DNA of 64,000 nucleotides from Eledone cirrhosa (Eukaryota): the NCBI GenBank assembly GCA_964016885.1, contig OZ024757.1, positions 9,486,001 to 9,550,000 of the forward strand. Reading direction: 5' to 3'. The notes under the pieces were generated by a model. It saw nothing but the letters and a program-made list of their open reading frames with translations. It was not told the DNA's origin and did no database searches. Both the position numbers and the translations under genes were made by a program. Below are positions 1 through 12,959 of the stretch, in pieces (position 1 is the stretch's first letter; each line of letters begins with the position of its first letter).

Positions 1-1189
1 GGAAGGAAGGGGTGATTATGTTGACTGAGGAAGGAGGGGGTGATTATGTTGACTGAGGAAGGAAGGGGTGATTATGTTGACTGGGGAAGGAAGGGGTGAT
101 TATGTTGACTGAGGAAGGAAGGGGTGATTATGTTGACTGAGGAAGGAAGGGGTGATTATGTTGACTGGGGAAGGAGGGGCTAATTATGTTGACTGGGGAA
201 GGAGGGGGTAATTATGTTGACTGAGGAAGGAAGGGGTGATTATGTTGACTGAGGAAGGAACGGGTGATTATGTTGACTGGGGAAGGAGGGGCTAATTATG
301 TTGACTGGGGAAGGAAGGGGTGATTATGTTGACTGAGGAAGGAGGGGGTGATTATGTTGACTGAGGAAGGAGGGGGTGATTATGTTGACTGGAGAAGGAA
401 GGGGTGATTATGTTGACTGAGGAAGGAGGGGGTGATTATGTTGACTGGGGAAGGAAGGGGTGATTATGTTGACTGAGGAAGGAACGGGTGATTATGTTGA
501 CGGAGGAAGGAAGGGGTGATTATGTTGACTGGGGAAGGAGGGGCTAATTATGTTGACTGGGGAAGGAAGGGGTGATTATGTTGACTGAGGAAGGAGGGGG
601 TGATTATGTTGACTGGAGAAGGAAGGGGTGATTATGTTGACTGAGGAAGGAGGGGGTGATTATGTTGACTGGGGAAGGAAGGGGTGATTATGTTGACTGA
701 GGAAGGAGGGGGTGATTATGTTGACTGAGGAAGGAAGGGGTGATTATGTTGACTGGGGAAGGAAGGGGTGATTATGTTGACTGAGGAAGGAAGGGGTGAT
801 TATGTTGACTGAGGAAGGAAGGGGTGATTATGTTGACTGAGGAAGGAAGGGGTGATTATGTTGACTGGGGAAGGAGGGGCTAATTATGTTGACTGGGGAA
901 GGAGGGGGTAATTATGTTGACTGAGGAAGGAAGGGGTGATTATGTTGACTGAGGAAGGAAGGGGTGATTATGTTGACTGAGGAAGGAAGGGGTGATTATG
1001 TTGACTGAGGAAGGAAGGGGTGATTATGTTGACTGGGGAAGGAGGGGGTAATTATGTTGACTGAGGAAGGAAGGGGTGATTATGTTGACTTTGGAAGGAA
1101 GGGGTGATTATGTTGACTGAGGAAGGAAGGGGTGATTATGTTGACTGAGGAAGGAGGGGTGATTATGTTGACTGAGGAAGGAAGGGGTG
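1..1189 (+). repeat. 28-bp minisatellite array (GAGGAAGGAAGGGGTGATTATGTTGACT)n, about 42 copies, runs off the window start
   Basis: TGACT recurs with a 28-bp period; variant units (GGGGCTAATT, GGGGGTAATT, AACGGG) recur in blocks. Confidence 0.95.
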
Positions 1190-1412
1190 TCTAATACACA
1201 CACATCTATGTGATGACTGAGGAATGGGTGTGAGAAACTAGGATTCCAGCGTTCTAATATTCATCCCATCTGTGTTTGTATGTTTGTATCACTTGTGTGA
1301 GTGAACGCGAAGGATCTAACCAACCAACCAACAAGCAAACAAACACCTCTCTTTTATATCATCTACAGATATTACAATCAGCCGCCAATTTTGACGCCAC
1401 GGGGACAGCTAG
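1..1412 (+). mobile_element. Non-autonomous Helitron-like element with an internal minisatellite
   Basis: Ends in GACGCCACGGGGACAG-CTAG (CTAG 1409-1412); 1190-1412 is homologous to about 49700-49934, which also ends in CTAG. Confidence 0.65.
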
Positions 1413-1971
1413 TCTATATATAATTATCTATATCATTATATAAAAGATAATATAAAATATTGCGACTTCCATCATTCTTTTGAGAAACGTGGACCCTTTA
1501 CTTCTATGCAATGGCACACTTTACAGCTAAGAGGTTGATGAACCATCTTCTAGAGGTGAGCTTGGAAGCAATCATCAAAAAAATGTATTTATTCCCAAGA
1601 TTCCTCTTATCCCTTCCTTTACTGAGCTACCTTTCAAATTATCAAGACTTCAGTTCCCTGTTAGAGCCAGTTTTGCTATGACCATAAATAAAGTTCAGGC
1701 GCAGAATTTCAAAGTTGTAGAATTCAATACAAGAGAATCGCCTTGAACCCATGGACAGTTATATGTAGGTTGTTCATGAGGGGGAACCCCTAGAAATCTA
1801 CTGTTTTTTTTTGTTTGTTTGTTTGTTTTTTTTGTTTTTTTTTTGTAACACACACAGACACCACGGTCTCGCCCCATACTGTAAGATAGACAAACATCCA
1901 ATACAGTCATTTTCTCTTCTACCTGTCTTCTCTCATCTCTTTACCCGGGCGACGCTGGGTAGGTCAGCTAG
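1413..1971 (+). mobile_element. Internally deleted Helitron with a Pif1-helicase C-terminal remnant
   Basis: Starts TC; manual translation gives IILLRNVDPLLLCNGT, VFIPKIPLIP, RLQFPVRASFAMTINKVQ and HGQLYVGCS (Pif1 motifs, with stops); 3' hairpin CCCGGGCGACGCTGGG, then CTAG (1968-1971) followed by T. Confidence 0.85.
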
Positions 1972-2423
1972 TATATTATACATTACTGAGATCAATAAAC
2001 CTCTAAACAACACCTTCGCCGCAATGTGTTTTGGAAATATCCAAAGTAGTACAAAGGGTTGTATACCACCACCACATTATCACCTCTCTCAATATTTACC
2101 GTGGATTACTTTAAACCAGAGATCGCCAACCTTTCGGACCTTACGGACCACTAAATTCATAATTTTAAATCCCGTGGATCACTTATATGAATTTTTAAAA
2201 AAAGGTAAATATATTTGTAAAATAGTGATCAGAGAACTCCCATTTTATTAATATGAAATGCACCTATCAAATATAACAAAATTATAAATGCTTATTTAAT
2301 TATAACAAGATTATAAATGCTTATGTAATCATAACAAAATCTTTAAAGCTTGTTTAATTGTAACAATGTTATTAAAGTTAGTTTATTACAAAATAATTAA
2401 AGCTTATTTAAGTATTTCACATT

Positions 2424-4086
2424 TTAGTGTGATATTTGTTCCTGCTTCTTTGAAATAAGTTCATGGATTTTTGGCACCAATGACGTTACTGCAAGACAGA
2501 GAGCCGTTTTTATTTCAAGCGGAGACAGGTACCGAGTTTTAATTGCTGTGACAAATGAAAATGTCCTTTTGCACAAATATGTTGTTGAAAATTGAATCAA
2601 AATTTTCATTACCTTTTCACTCAGAAATAGGTATGGACTTTTTATGGAGAGCCAAACATGAGGTCTTGATAAGGATGACTGGAATTTAGCTTTGAGACTG
2701 TCGTCGTAAGCTAGATCGATGAGGTTTTCATTTTCATTCGTGCTTAAATTGCTATTTTCAATGTTTGTTGCAAGTGGATTTATTATCCACATATTGCCAC
2801 GTCTTGGATGTTCTTCCTTTGGGTAATAACGACCAAAAGATTCTGTGAGTGATTGTAAGTGCTGTTTAACAATGGTTACCACCTGTCAGTTGACATCCTT
2901 CACATAAATTCATCCAAATTTGAAAACATTTGCAGATCTTCATCAGCCAACCGCGTTTGCCACAGTAATATTTTCTTTTGAAAAGCATCCATTTTATCTT
3001 GTAGTGTGAATAAGTACGTAAGTTGTCCTTTCAAGAATACGTGTAGCTCATTTAACAGTGAAAAAATATCTACTAGGTATGCACGCTTGGCTACCCGCTG
3101 ATCGTCGGACAAGAGTTCTTGAAATTTCGGATGATTTTGACATCTTCGCGCAGGGTGAACAGTCGGGTTAGTATTTTACCCCTCGAGATCCATCTCCCCT
3201 CAGCGGGAAGAAGGGGAATATAATGGGAACCAATTTCTTCACAAAGAGCCTCAAATATTCGAGAATTGAGCGATTTGTGTAGAATTTATTTATAATTTTA
3301 ATAATGCCTGATAATATTTCGTGTAGTTTTGGTGACATTTTCCCCCGCAATTTTCTCACGATGTATTATGCAGTGTGTAGACCAAATGTCAGGGTACCAA
3401 CATTTTTTACCTTTGCAACAATTCCTGAAAGATGTCCGGTCATGTTTGCGGTACCGACTGTAAATATCACAATACATTTTTTCTAGTCAATTAGGTGTTC
3501 CAGGAAATAAGTAGTTCAAAATTCCCAGAGCTAGTTGCTCTATCCGGCAAGTTGAGCGAACAAAGTAGTTCTTCCTGTAACTCTTCTTCACATCCAACCC
3601 TCACAAAACAAAAAAGTGCCTTGTTACTTACGTCCGTTGATTCGTCAAGTTGAATTAAATAAAATGTTGAATGTTTCACCATTTTTATAACTTGATTTTC
3701 AATATCTTCAGCCATGTCTTCAATTCTGCGCTGAACAGTGTTAGCAAACATAGGAATTACTGTCAGTTTCTTGACAGCGTACTTTCCCAAAACCTCTTAA
3801 CAGGTTTGTAATGTGCAAGGCTTAATTAATTCTTCTCCAATCGTATACAGTTTTTTTTATTTTTTGCGGCCTGAAGTGTTATCAGATAAGAAGCCTTTAA
3901 TAAAGACTTGTCGTCAACAATCATTTTTGTTAAATGACTTACTTCCTTTTGCATATTTTCACAAAATCTTTGAAAACATTCAAATGATTTCTTTGCTAAA
4001 TCCGAGTGTTTTCATTGCAATTGTCTTCCGAGTTTCGAAAGTTTCATGGAATCATTGGATTAATTTTCAGAACACACAAGACAAAG
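2424..4086 (-). pseudogene. hAT transposase pseudogene (ZBED5/SCAND3/FAM200-like)
   Basis: Fragmented ORFs: BED-like CLVCSE, NTVQRRIEDMA, IQLDESTD (first catalytic Asp), AYLVDIFSLLNEL, dimerisation-domain FSTTYLCKRTFS...IKTRY...KQEQISH. Confidence 0.9.
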
Positions 4087-7000
4087 TATTAGATAGGTTT
4101 ATTTACAATAGTTTATAACTTTGCCTATTAATCCTTATGGTGAGCAAATGGGGTCCCGCGTGCTGCCCCGGCGGACAGGATGGAGAAGGAGTTTCCCCGG
4201 AGAATGATAAGGGAGATGCGCTGGAAGAGCCATTCCAACTCGCGAGGTTCATACCTGCGGCTGGCTAGCTCGACGCCTATGGTGGTGAATAGGGAGGTAG
4301 CCCTAGGGCCAAGGACACCACTGCCAAGGGCACGACCACGAACCTGTCAGAGAGCGACCGGTACTTGGAGAGTTTGGCCTCCTCAGCTCGACGTGCAGCA
4401 GTACCTGGGTTAGTCGCAGACTGCACCAGGTTGCGGCTGGAGAAAGTGTCGCTGCAAGTGGCATCACAGACGAGGGGTTTGCCACCGCGGAACGGGAAGA
4501 TGGTCATACCGTCTAGCCTTTTGCCATCCCCTCGGTCAAGCCCCACTGGCTCGAGCTGGGAGGGGAAGCCTGCAGCGTCCAATCTATGCTTAATGACCTC
4601 GTTCAGAGCAGCATGGCGTGGAAAGCGGCCGGCACTGAGATGACAGGAAAACGGGTGGAGGTCGAAAGAGTCCTTGGTGGATCCGCAGCGACATTTGTGT
4701 GGATCGCAGATCCGGAGTACCAACCTCAAGAAAACGCCGATGCGCAGGCTATCGTTATCCAGCTTTCGTGCCAGTGGAGAAGGAGGGCAAGGCATGGATC
4801 CAGGCACCACTGTGGCGTTTGGAGGCCGCGCGAAAACGGGCAAGGCGGTGTTGGTCGGGCTGGCGCGTGAGCCTGTCTGAGGCCAGGCTCCACTGGATGG
4901 CATCCCATACGCTTTGGGTGGACTTAACGTCAGCAGGGGGAGAAGGAGGAGCGACGTCTACTGGGCTAAGTCCCAGCCTGTCCCACGTCTCACAGGCGAC
5001 CTCACGTTCCCTGAACACAGAGGGTTCTATTGTGTTTTGGAGAACCCTGCTGACAAGGTCGCGGCATGAGGTTACCAATGAAAGAAACACCGACAAAGCA
5101 AGCGATTTCGGGAACCGGGGGCCAGGCCGCCATATCTGGCAGGTAAAGTGGCCTGTTGCCATCCAATGTCGTCAAACCTGAAGTTGCATATCTCCTCAGC
5201 TACCGCTCGGATACAAGTATCAAGGTCAGCGAGCAGAGATACGTGGCTGTAGCACGGAGCGCTGCGAAGGGTGTAGAGGAGCTTCGGCATGGCGAAGCAG
5301 TTCCTCAACAGGAAGATAGCTGGGTGGCCGTCAATAAAGCCCAGTCGGCTCGTGAGGGTCTGGAGTTGTTGGAGCCTATACCTGATGGTGGGGAGGATGG
5401 CCGGTGCGTGGATCTGTGACCTGAGGATGAGGACATCCTCTTTCGGGGGTCACCTATACCTGGTAGAGAATGGACCGTACGTCCGAGGCGGTGGCTGCAA
5501 AGCTCTCACCATCAAGGCTGACATTCACCACCTCCGACTTGGACGAGTTGACCTGGAGGACGATTCCCGCCAGGGCAGGAACCACCGATTGTAGGTTATG
5601 GCTGACAGTCTTCACGGGCCCGTCCAGGGTAGCATCATCCAGGTATCAAACGTTGAGAGAGGCCCTGATATTCCGGGCAATGGGGTCTATACCAAGGGCA
5701 AACAAAAAAGGGCCCAAAGGGTCGCCCTGTTGGACCCGTGGCCGAAGGTATGACCGTATCAGCAGAGGCTCAGGGCTCCATATGACAAGTAGGCCAGCGG
5801 GTAGCCGGAGGTGGCTCGGCTGAGACAGGAAGCGGGCAGATGATCCCGGCGTATGTAGTTAAAGGCATTCCTCATTCCAAGATTGACAATGAGGTGCCTG
5901 TAGTCCCTGGATGCCGGTTCCGGTGGGCAGCTATTGAAGAACTGCCTGGTTGTATGTCCGGCCCCCTCACAGCCACCAGACACGCCGACACCCAGTTGCA
6001 CCGGACTGAACTCCTCACCCAGTTCAGGTGTTATGGACCTGCAGACCATTTTAGCAGCCAGCCTCCGGAAGACATTTCCCACAGCGATGGGGCGTATGCC
6101 ACCCTCTTTCTTCCTGAGAGCGGTCAGGTTAGCCGAAAAAAAGAAGCCTCGGGCGTGAGGATCCAGGGCGCCATGCATAAGCCTATTGGTGAGTGCCAAA
6201 TTTCCACTCGAAAGGCGGCGTCCGGCATCAGTGGAGAGGGAGGATAACAACTCCTTGAGGTGGCCTGGTCGGAGACCATCAGCACCTCCGCCGCTGCTAG
6301 CTGGGAAGGACTTGATGGCAGACATGATGTCTGCGTCGGAAGCAACAAGGGGCTGGAAAGGAACGGGTGGGTGTATAGGTCGGAGTTCAGTGTGTGGCTC
6401 AGTGTGCTTGAGTCGCATGGCACCCAGGACCACCTCGGTGGGTTGGAGGACAGTGTCCTCTGAGGCAATCACTCTGACTGTGGCCGAGACATCACCCATG
6501 ATAAGTTTAGCGTTTATGCAGTCACGTAAACGCTTGCCGCTGGCCTCAGGGGTGGAGGTTTGGAGGCACCCAAGAGCAGGGGTTGTGGCGTCCTTCGGCA
6601 CGCTTGGAATGGGCGCTTGCCCAAAGGACGAAACATTGGCCTTGACAAAGGCTGCTGTCGACAGGCCGCCTCGGTCAGCGCCAGAGCTGGGGAGGCCGAG
6701 GGTGAGTGGGGCAAAATAGAAGAGGCGCTCCCAGTCGCTGGCTCGATTTGAGTCCAGAGCACTCTCGATTGAGGAAGCGAGGGCATCGGCTACCGGCACC
6801 GAAGTCGCTCTCGGGATACTGAGCGGAATCTTCCGGAGCCGCCTGAGCCGAGAGATGTTGACCAGTGAGGCTTGGGCATCAGGCAAGCTCGCTGTCTCAT
6901 CTGGTAGAGTGCCAGACGGTCGTGGCTGGGCAGAGGAGGGGAAGAGACAGTTACTGCGACTCCATGTTGCGAGGGCACTGGAAGCTCGACGCCTCAAGCC

Positions 7001-7401
7001 AATACAGGTGAGGTGGTGGAAGCAGCCGCACCCCGAACAGTTCCGGCCCCTCTTCCGTCTGTTCGTAGTGCTGCAAGTGCTGCAGATGTCGATGGTGGGG
7101 ATGGAGGATGGGGCGTGGAGCTGGGGACTGATTCACCAAGCGGTATCAGGGATCTGTGGCTGGTTGTCACCAGCCTAGGTGCTAGGCACAACTGCACGTG
7201 GGTGGAAAGGAAAGTGTTGGTATGAGTGAAGCCTCATAGCTCACATATATCAGATATGGGGGAGACAGAAGACAATATAAAAGAGAAGGGGGTTTGCATG
7301 GAGGGACACACACACGAAAATAGAAAGTTAGCAAATACATAAATGAATGAATGGATGAATGTACAAAAAGAAAACAGGGGGTTGTTCCCAACGGAATGAC
7401 C
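4087..7401 (-). mobile_element. CRE-clade non-LTR retrotransposon (RT + restriction-like endonuclease), frameshifted
   Basis: ORF 5759-6997 LRKKEGGIRPIAVGNVFRRLAAK...QLGVGVSGGCE; ORF 4277-4903 CRC..H...C, RHAALN, GKRLDG, CDATCSDT; flanked by the direct repeat CAAAG (4082-4086 / 7402-7406). Confidence 0.88.
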
Positions 7402-8383
7402 CAAAGGTTGTTATTGTCAGTGATGCTGGAGTTGGCTTCCTCTTGTTAATGGTGGTGGTAGTGATTGCTGGTAAGATGTTAGTGTATACACATATATGTT
7501 GTTGTTATTGTCACTGCCACTGTCGTATACTTCCTCTTGTTAATGGTAGTGGTAGTTGATACCGATACCTATTTCGGATGCCAAGCTCGCTGCTAGGGTT
7601 CGAACGCCTTCTTTCACCGAAGATGCGGGGTCGTTGTTATTGTCACTGTTGCTGTCGTTGCCTTCCTCTTGGTAATGGTAGTGAGTTGATCCAACTCACT
7701 ACCATGTTTTGAATAAATTCAAATTTTAAATCATATTTTTTCTTGATACTTTGAGTTTTTTCTTCTCTCCTCTTCTAGTTCGAATGTTCTCCCCATGGTG
7801 CCTGACGAGGTCTGTGGAGTCTCTGATTGAATAACTCACGGTTAAGTAAAGTATTACTATTGTTACTATTATCAATAGTTACTTTGGTATTACTAAAGAA
7901 ATGCAATATAGTCGCTTGCTTCTTTTCACACATTATGGGTTTATTTCATTGGAATCTCAGAACAAACAAGAAATGATAGCTATCAAAACCAAATAAAATA
8001 AAACAATCGGATGAGAATCGGTATTTTCGGAGCGGGATGACTGTTGTAATGGTCGAAACAATACTGAAACGTACGTGTGTCATATTGTCGATAGATGATA
8101 CATTTGAATAAAATTATTTCATGGATGTTAGTTCTTTACTGAGGAGAAACATTTTTAGGAGGTTTATAAAATATATATTAACCGAATATCATTTTTGTTT
8201 TATTATTAATAAGACATAAACATTGCAAATAATAATTGAAAATTTTGTTGGACCGCCAACATTTTCTCTCGGACCACGAATTGACGACCGCTGGTTTAAA
8301 CTGAAATCAGAGAACGTAGTGTCAAGTGGGAGTTATTTCCCCTACATCTTTTTCAAATTAATTCCCTTGAATTGATGATAGTG

Positions 8384-8831
8384 TGTAGCGAAAGAAATGT
8401 TCCAGCGTTTCCTCTCGCTGATATGGCCATTCCTATGAAAGGGAACGCAACGGGAGGTCATCGACCTTTGACAAAAATATAACTAGTGGTCCATAAATAG
8501 GCTGTCATGGAACGAGGACAGAGAGAGAATTTTCTGTTACAAAAGAGACGACACTTTCCTGGTCACTTGGCTTTCAACTTCTATGGTGATACTAATGACG
8601 GTCACCTGACTCTGTCTATTTCAGCATAATGCATAAAACAAAGAATCTTCAACAAAACTTGAAAAACAGGGTATTCATTTACGAATGTTTACATACAACT
8701 TTGTACTTTTATAATTAGTAGTAATCATATCCATTTTTCCTTTTCTAACAGAAGTGAAGTACATTTTATATCTAACCGAAATTAACTATTCTGTCCTGTT
8801 TATTTTCAACAACTAACTTCGTTTCACTTCA
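8384..8831 (+). mobile_element. Solo LTR of a Gypsy element
   Basis: TG...CA termini; diverged reverse complement of the LTR at 13757-14212; possible 4-bp TSD agtg/ggtg. Confidence 0.8.
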
Positions 8832-8896
8832 GGTGTCTGGGCGTTCTGTTTTGATTTTGAAATGTGTCTCAGTCTAGTGAATGAGATGGTCCACTT

Positions 8897-9357
8897 GCTA
8901 CAAATAGCAGCTGAATCCATCGTTAATCACATTTCGTCGTCTTTAAAAAAGAGAAAACACAAACGTCATGTGTAGACTCTGCTTTTTTGTGTAGGGGACA
9001 CACTTTATGTTCAGTGTTAGGACACCTTTTAAGCTGCTCTCGTTCTTAGTTGACTTGCAGCTAAACATAACCAGCAGTAGCATCAACAATAATAACAACA
9101 ACAGTAAAACCACCACTAATAACAACTACAAATAGCAGCTGAATCCATCGTTAATCACATTTCGTCGTCTTTAAAAAAGAGAAAACACAAACGTCATGTG
9201 TAGACTCTGCTTTTTTGTGTAGGGGACACACTTTATGTTCAGTGTTAGGACACCTTTTAAGCTGCTCTCGTTCTTAGTTGACTTGCAGCTAAACATAACC
9301 AGCAGTAGCATCAACAATAATAACAACAACAGTAAAACCACCACTAATAACAACTAC
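8897..9357. repeat. Near-perfect 228-bp tandem duplication
   Basis: Identical 60-aa spurious ORFs at 8943-9125 and 9171-9353, offset 228. Confidence 0.9.
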
Positions 9358-9675
9358 AGCACCACCACCAACAACAACAATACCACCACTACCAGCACTA
9401 CCACAAACAACACCAACAACGACACCATCACCACCACCACAAACAACGACAACAACAACAACAACAACAACAGAAACAACAACATCGACAACATCGAGAC
9501 CTACAACAACAAGCCTACAACCACCACCACCATCACCGCACTACCACCAACAATATCACCCAGAACATCACCACTAACAACAACAATACTAACAACGACG
9601 ACGATACTGACACCACTAACAACACCGACAACACCACCAACAACAATAACAACAACAACAACAACAACAGCACCT

Positions 9676-9715
<40 letters not shown>

Positions 9716-9830
9716 CGACAGCAACGACAACAACGACAACAACACCATCGCCAACAACAACAACAACAACGACAACGGCCATACCAACACCACTAACAAC
9801 AACAACAGCAACAATACCACAAACAACAAA
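9300..9830. repeat. (AAC/ACC)n compound low-complexity tract
   Basis: Direct reading. Confidence 0.9.
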
Positions 9831-10039
9831 ATAAATAAATTCTATTCAGTCTACAAAATATTGTTATTTAATAAAGAAAAAAGAAAAGAGATACAAACGA
9901 AACGAAGCAATGAACAGAGGGGGAAGGGCAGATCTGACTGTATAGGAAAGTAGGAGAAAGGACTATAAACGCTACAAATGAGAGGAAACGGAGGGGAAAA
10001 CAAAGACTATGAGGTCACGGAAGAGAGGGAGGAGGGATA

Positions 10040-11066
10040 GGCTTTATGTCTGGGGCCCGGTGGTGTTTCGGCTGCACCCCGCGGACAATACTGCAAAGAC
10101 ATTTCCGTGGACAATGACCAGCGACACTGCTGCAACAACAACCCCACCTCACGGGGTTACTTCTTCAGATGTGCTACTGTTCTGACTTTACGGAGGAGCT
10201 CGGCAGTATGTGGTCTGATGACGACTGAGTTCTTGTCGGCGACCGGTACAAAGAGAAAGCGGCCGGAGAAGCCCTGGTATTTACTTGTCTTCCTATCCTC
10301 TGCATTGTGGGGCGAAATAACGGCGTTTGTGGCGGCGAACGTATTACAGCATGAGGCGTTCCAGATGAGGGATTTACCTCCTTCGAATGAAAAGAGGGTA
10401 ATTCCGTCGGGGCGCTTGCTGGCTCCAGTTGTGATGGGAAACCAGCTGAGTCCAAGGTCGTTTTCAATATGTCTTTGAGATGGGCATGTCGGGGGAGCTG
10501 GCCGGTGTTCTGGCGGCATAACAGTGGCTGCAGGCCAAACTCGTCAGCGACAGACCCTCAATAGTATTTGCATGAATCACACATGCGGAGGCCGAGGCGT
10601 TGGGCCACTCCGATGCGTGTGCACTTGTCATTCATCAAGAAGGGTACTGGTTGATGAAGAGAGCATTGATTTGAGCCATGCATCGCTGTTTGGCGGCGAA
10701 AGAGATCGGAAGCAAGCGAGGCAGTGTTGGTCGAAACCCAGACTCGATCCGCCTGAGGGAAGATCTACACTTGATTCCGTTCCAGTTACGTTGGAAATGT
10801 GTATACTGAGGAACAGAGAGCCCTTCGCCTGTCCAGTCGTTCAGAGCCTGCTCATTATGGGGTCATGTCAGGTTTGGCTGTCTTGCTGAGGACCTCGTTG
10901 ACGAGGGTGCGACAGGAAAATATTGAGGAGAGATAGGCCAGCAGTGCCAGATCCGAAGAAGATCGAAGGCTGAGGCCACCGAACCTCGCTGGAAGCCACA
11001 CTTGTTCCCAGTCGGCGTTGTCGAAACTGACATTGCAGATGAGTTTTGCACAGCGTCGGATGGTGA
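10040..11066 (-). mobile_element. Degraded CRE-clade LINE 3' fragment
   Basis: AGFPSQLEP, KRPDGITL..GGKSLIWNASC and RFLFVPVA match the RLE region at 4277-4903. Confidence 0.75.
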
Positions 11067-12600
11067 CTTGAAAACTCTTGCTATTATGTCGTGTCTATCT
11101 TCGGGCTTTTGACCTTTGTATGGGTTCTCCGTGATTTCATTCCATTTAGGATTGCAAGTGAATGTTATAAATAAATCAGGCCTACCGTATCCTCTCACAT
11201 AACACGTTGCATCTTGAGTTCTTTTCTTTCAATATCTTGGACTCCCAACAAAGGTAGAAGGTAAAATTACAGTCTTACCTAATTAGAGTTCTTCTTCATT
11301 ATTTAGAGAATCTTTTAAAAGCGAATACTCTTCGACCCTTAGTTGGTTTGATGCTGTTTAATGTACAATAACCGTTCAAACTCAATTTTGGAATACATAC
11401 CAACTAAATACATTTGGAACAATTATTTACATCCTACAATTTGATTACAAGTATTTCTTAGTTGTAAATGATATGCATAATATTGCCTGTATGAAACTTT
11501 TTCATTTGGGACTGTTTGATTTGTATTTGGGTTGTATTGTCCAACGAATACCCATCATTTCCTCTCCAATGAATCAAAGGATATTGTAATAGATCATAGG
11601 ATCTATGTAATTCATTGATTTTCTTTACAGTAAATTCAGTTCCAACCAATACTAATCCCACATCGTTAGATATTCGGTCATTGTATCTTCGTGCATGCTC
11701 ACCAGCTGGTACTCTATCTGCACAAATTGACAATTGAAGATGTGGACTGTTAACAGAAGATGCCATAGTTTTAATTTGTCTGATAAGCTCATTATTTTCC
11801 AAAATCATCTCTTGGGTGTGTCTTATAGTGTGTAAGTGTGTTTCAGGAAATCTACTATTTCTAATATAAATTTGTTAACTTTACCACCTGAACAACATAA
11901 TCCCTTAGGTTCATCTTTAAATAGTTTTGCACAACAATGCTTACAAAATACTGACATTGTTCCTAAATTTGATAGATTATCATAATTTTTACTTGAATTA
12001 TATTCAAATGCTGCATTTGTAAAAGATTTAATAGAACTACGTAGTTCAGCATACCTTGATCTTTTTATTTGAGTTACAATTTCTTGTAGTTCCCTAATCT
12101 GAGAATGTTTTGCTTTATTGTGAGAAATTCTATTTTCTTCTCTTATTTCATCTCTTCTTTCTTCTGTCAACTCTAGGAGAGCTTATCTGTTTCTTCTCTA
12201 ATTTCATTTCTCTTTGAATTGAAAGCCTTCCCGTTTTTGTCTTTGATACTCTCGATTAATTGCTCTCTGAATTTCTCTTCTTCATTCATTTCCTTTCTCT
12301 TTCGGCGCTTTCTTTCTGAGTTATTTGAAATGTTCCTTACATCATTAATATTATTGTTGTTTAAGTTAGTAGTTGCATTGAAATGGCTATCATTATTATG
12401 TGCTGTATTAATATTGATAACGTAATTTTCTGAAGTGACACTGTTGTTAAATGAATTTGTCATTTGCAGCCATGGTGGAAAAATATGGATGACGAAGAAG
12501 AGTAAGATGAAATAAGAAAGGTTTAGAGAAGAAAGAAAAGAGTGGTCCAATTGTTGAAACAAAGGGACACCCTAATCATGAAATTAGCGATTTCCACAGA
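11067..12600 (-). pseudogene. Helitron RepHel N-terminal/Rep fragment
   Basis: CKHCCAKLF..E..GLCCSGGKV, GEHARRYN, HRSYDLLQYPL, LPSTFVGSPRY, YGRPDLFITFTCNPKWNEI..RHDIIARVF (Helitron Rep motif 1). Confidence 0.9.
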
Positions 12601-12959
12601 TACGTTCACTCTTAGCAAACTTTCATCGAGAATCAAACGGACGACCTAATAGTTTCTTTCTGTATTTGTTCTATTCCTATATCATTCCAGCAGACGACAA
12701 TTACTTGTGTGTGTATGTGTAGGTTTGTGTGAGTGTGTGCGTATGAGTGTCAGTGTCATAATATACAGTCAATCATGTAATGCTCTCCCCTAAGTAAACA
12801 TACAGCTTTACTCTCTCTCTCTTTCACCCACACACACACACATCTCAATTTGGTGGTGTTGGTGGGAGAGAGCTGTGGGAGCAATAAGAGTACAGATAAC
12901 AGTGATAGTAGGAGTAGGGTGTGTGATAGACGCTGCAGACAGTTTTGAGATAGATAGAT

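Larger units (their letters stand above)
2117..8293 (-). mobile_element. hAT DNA transposon (Buster/Charlie type), degenerate, interrupted by a CRE LINE
   Basis: Imperfect TIRs CAGAGATCGCCAA / TTGACGACCGCTG; 8-bp TSD ctttaaac (2109-2116) / gtttaaac (8294-8301) with central TA. Confidence 0.85.

Noticed and set aside
1-1189. CRISPR-like or telomeric array
   Set aside because: Contiguous 28-bp units with no unique spacers, no cas genes and no TTAGGG; eukaryotic context
7795-8110. Hammerhead-like strings (CTGACGA; GAAACGTACG) inside the hAT element
   Set aside because: Could not assemble the stems and both core boxes
9235-9834. Thr/Asn-rich mucin-like ORF
   Set aside because: Translation of an AAC/ACC microsatellite; no gene structure
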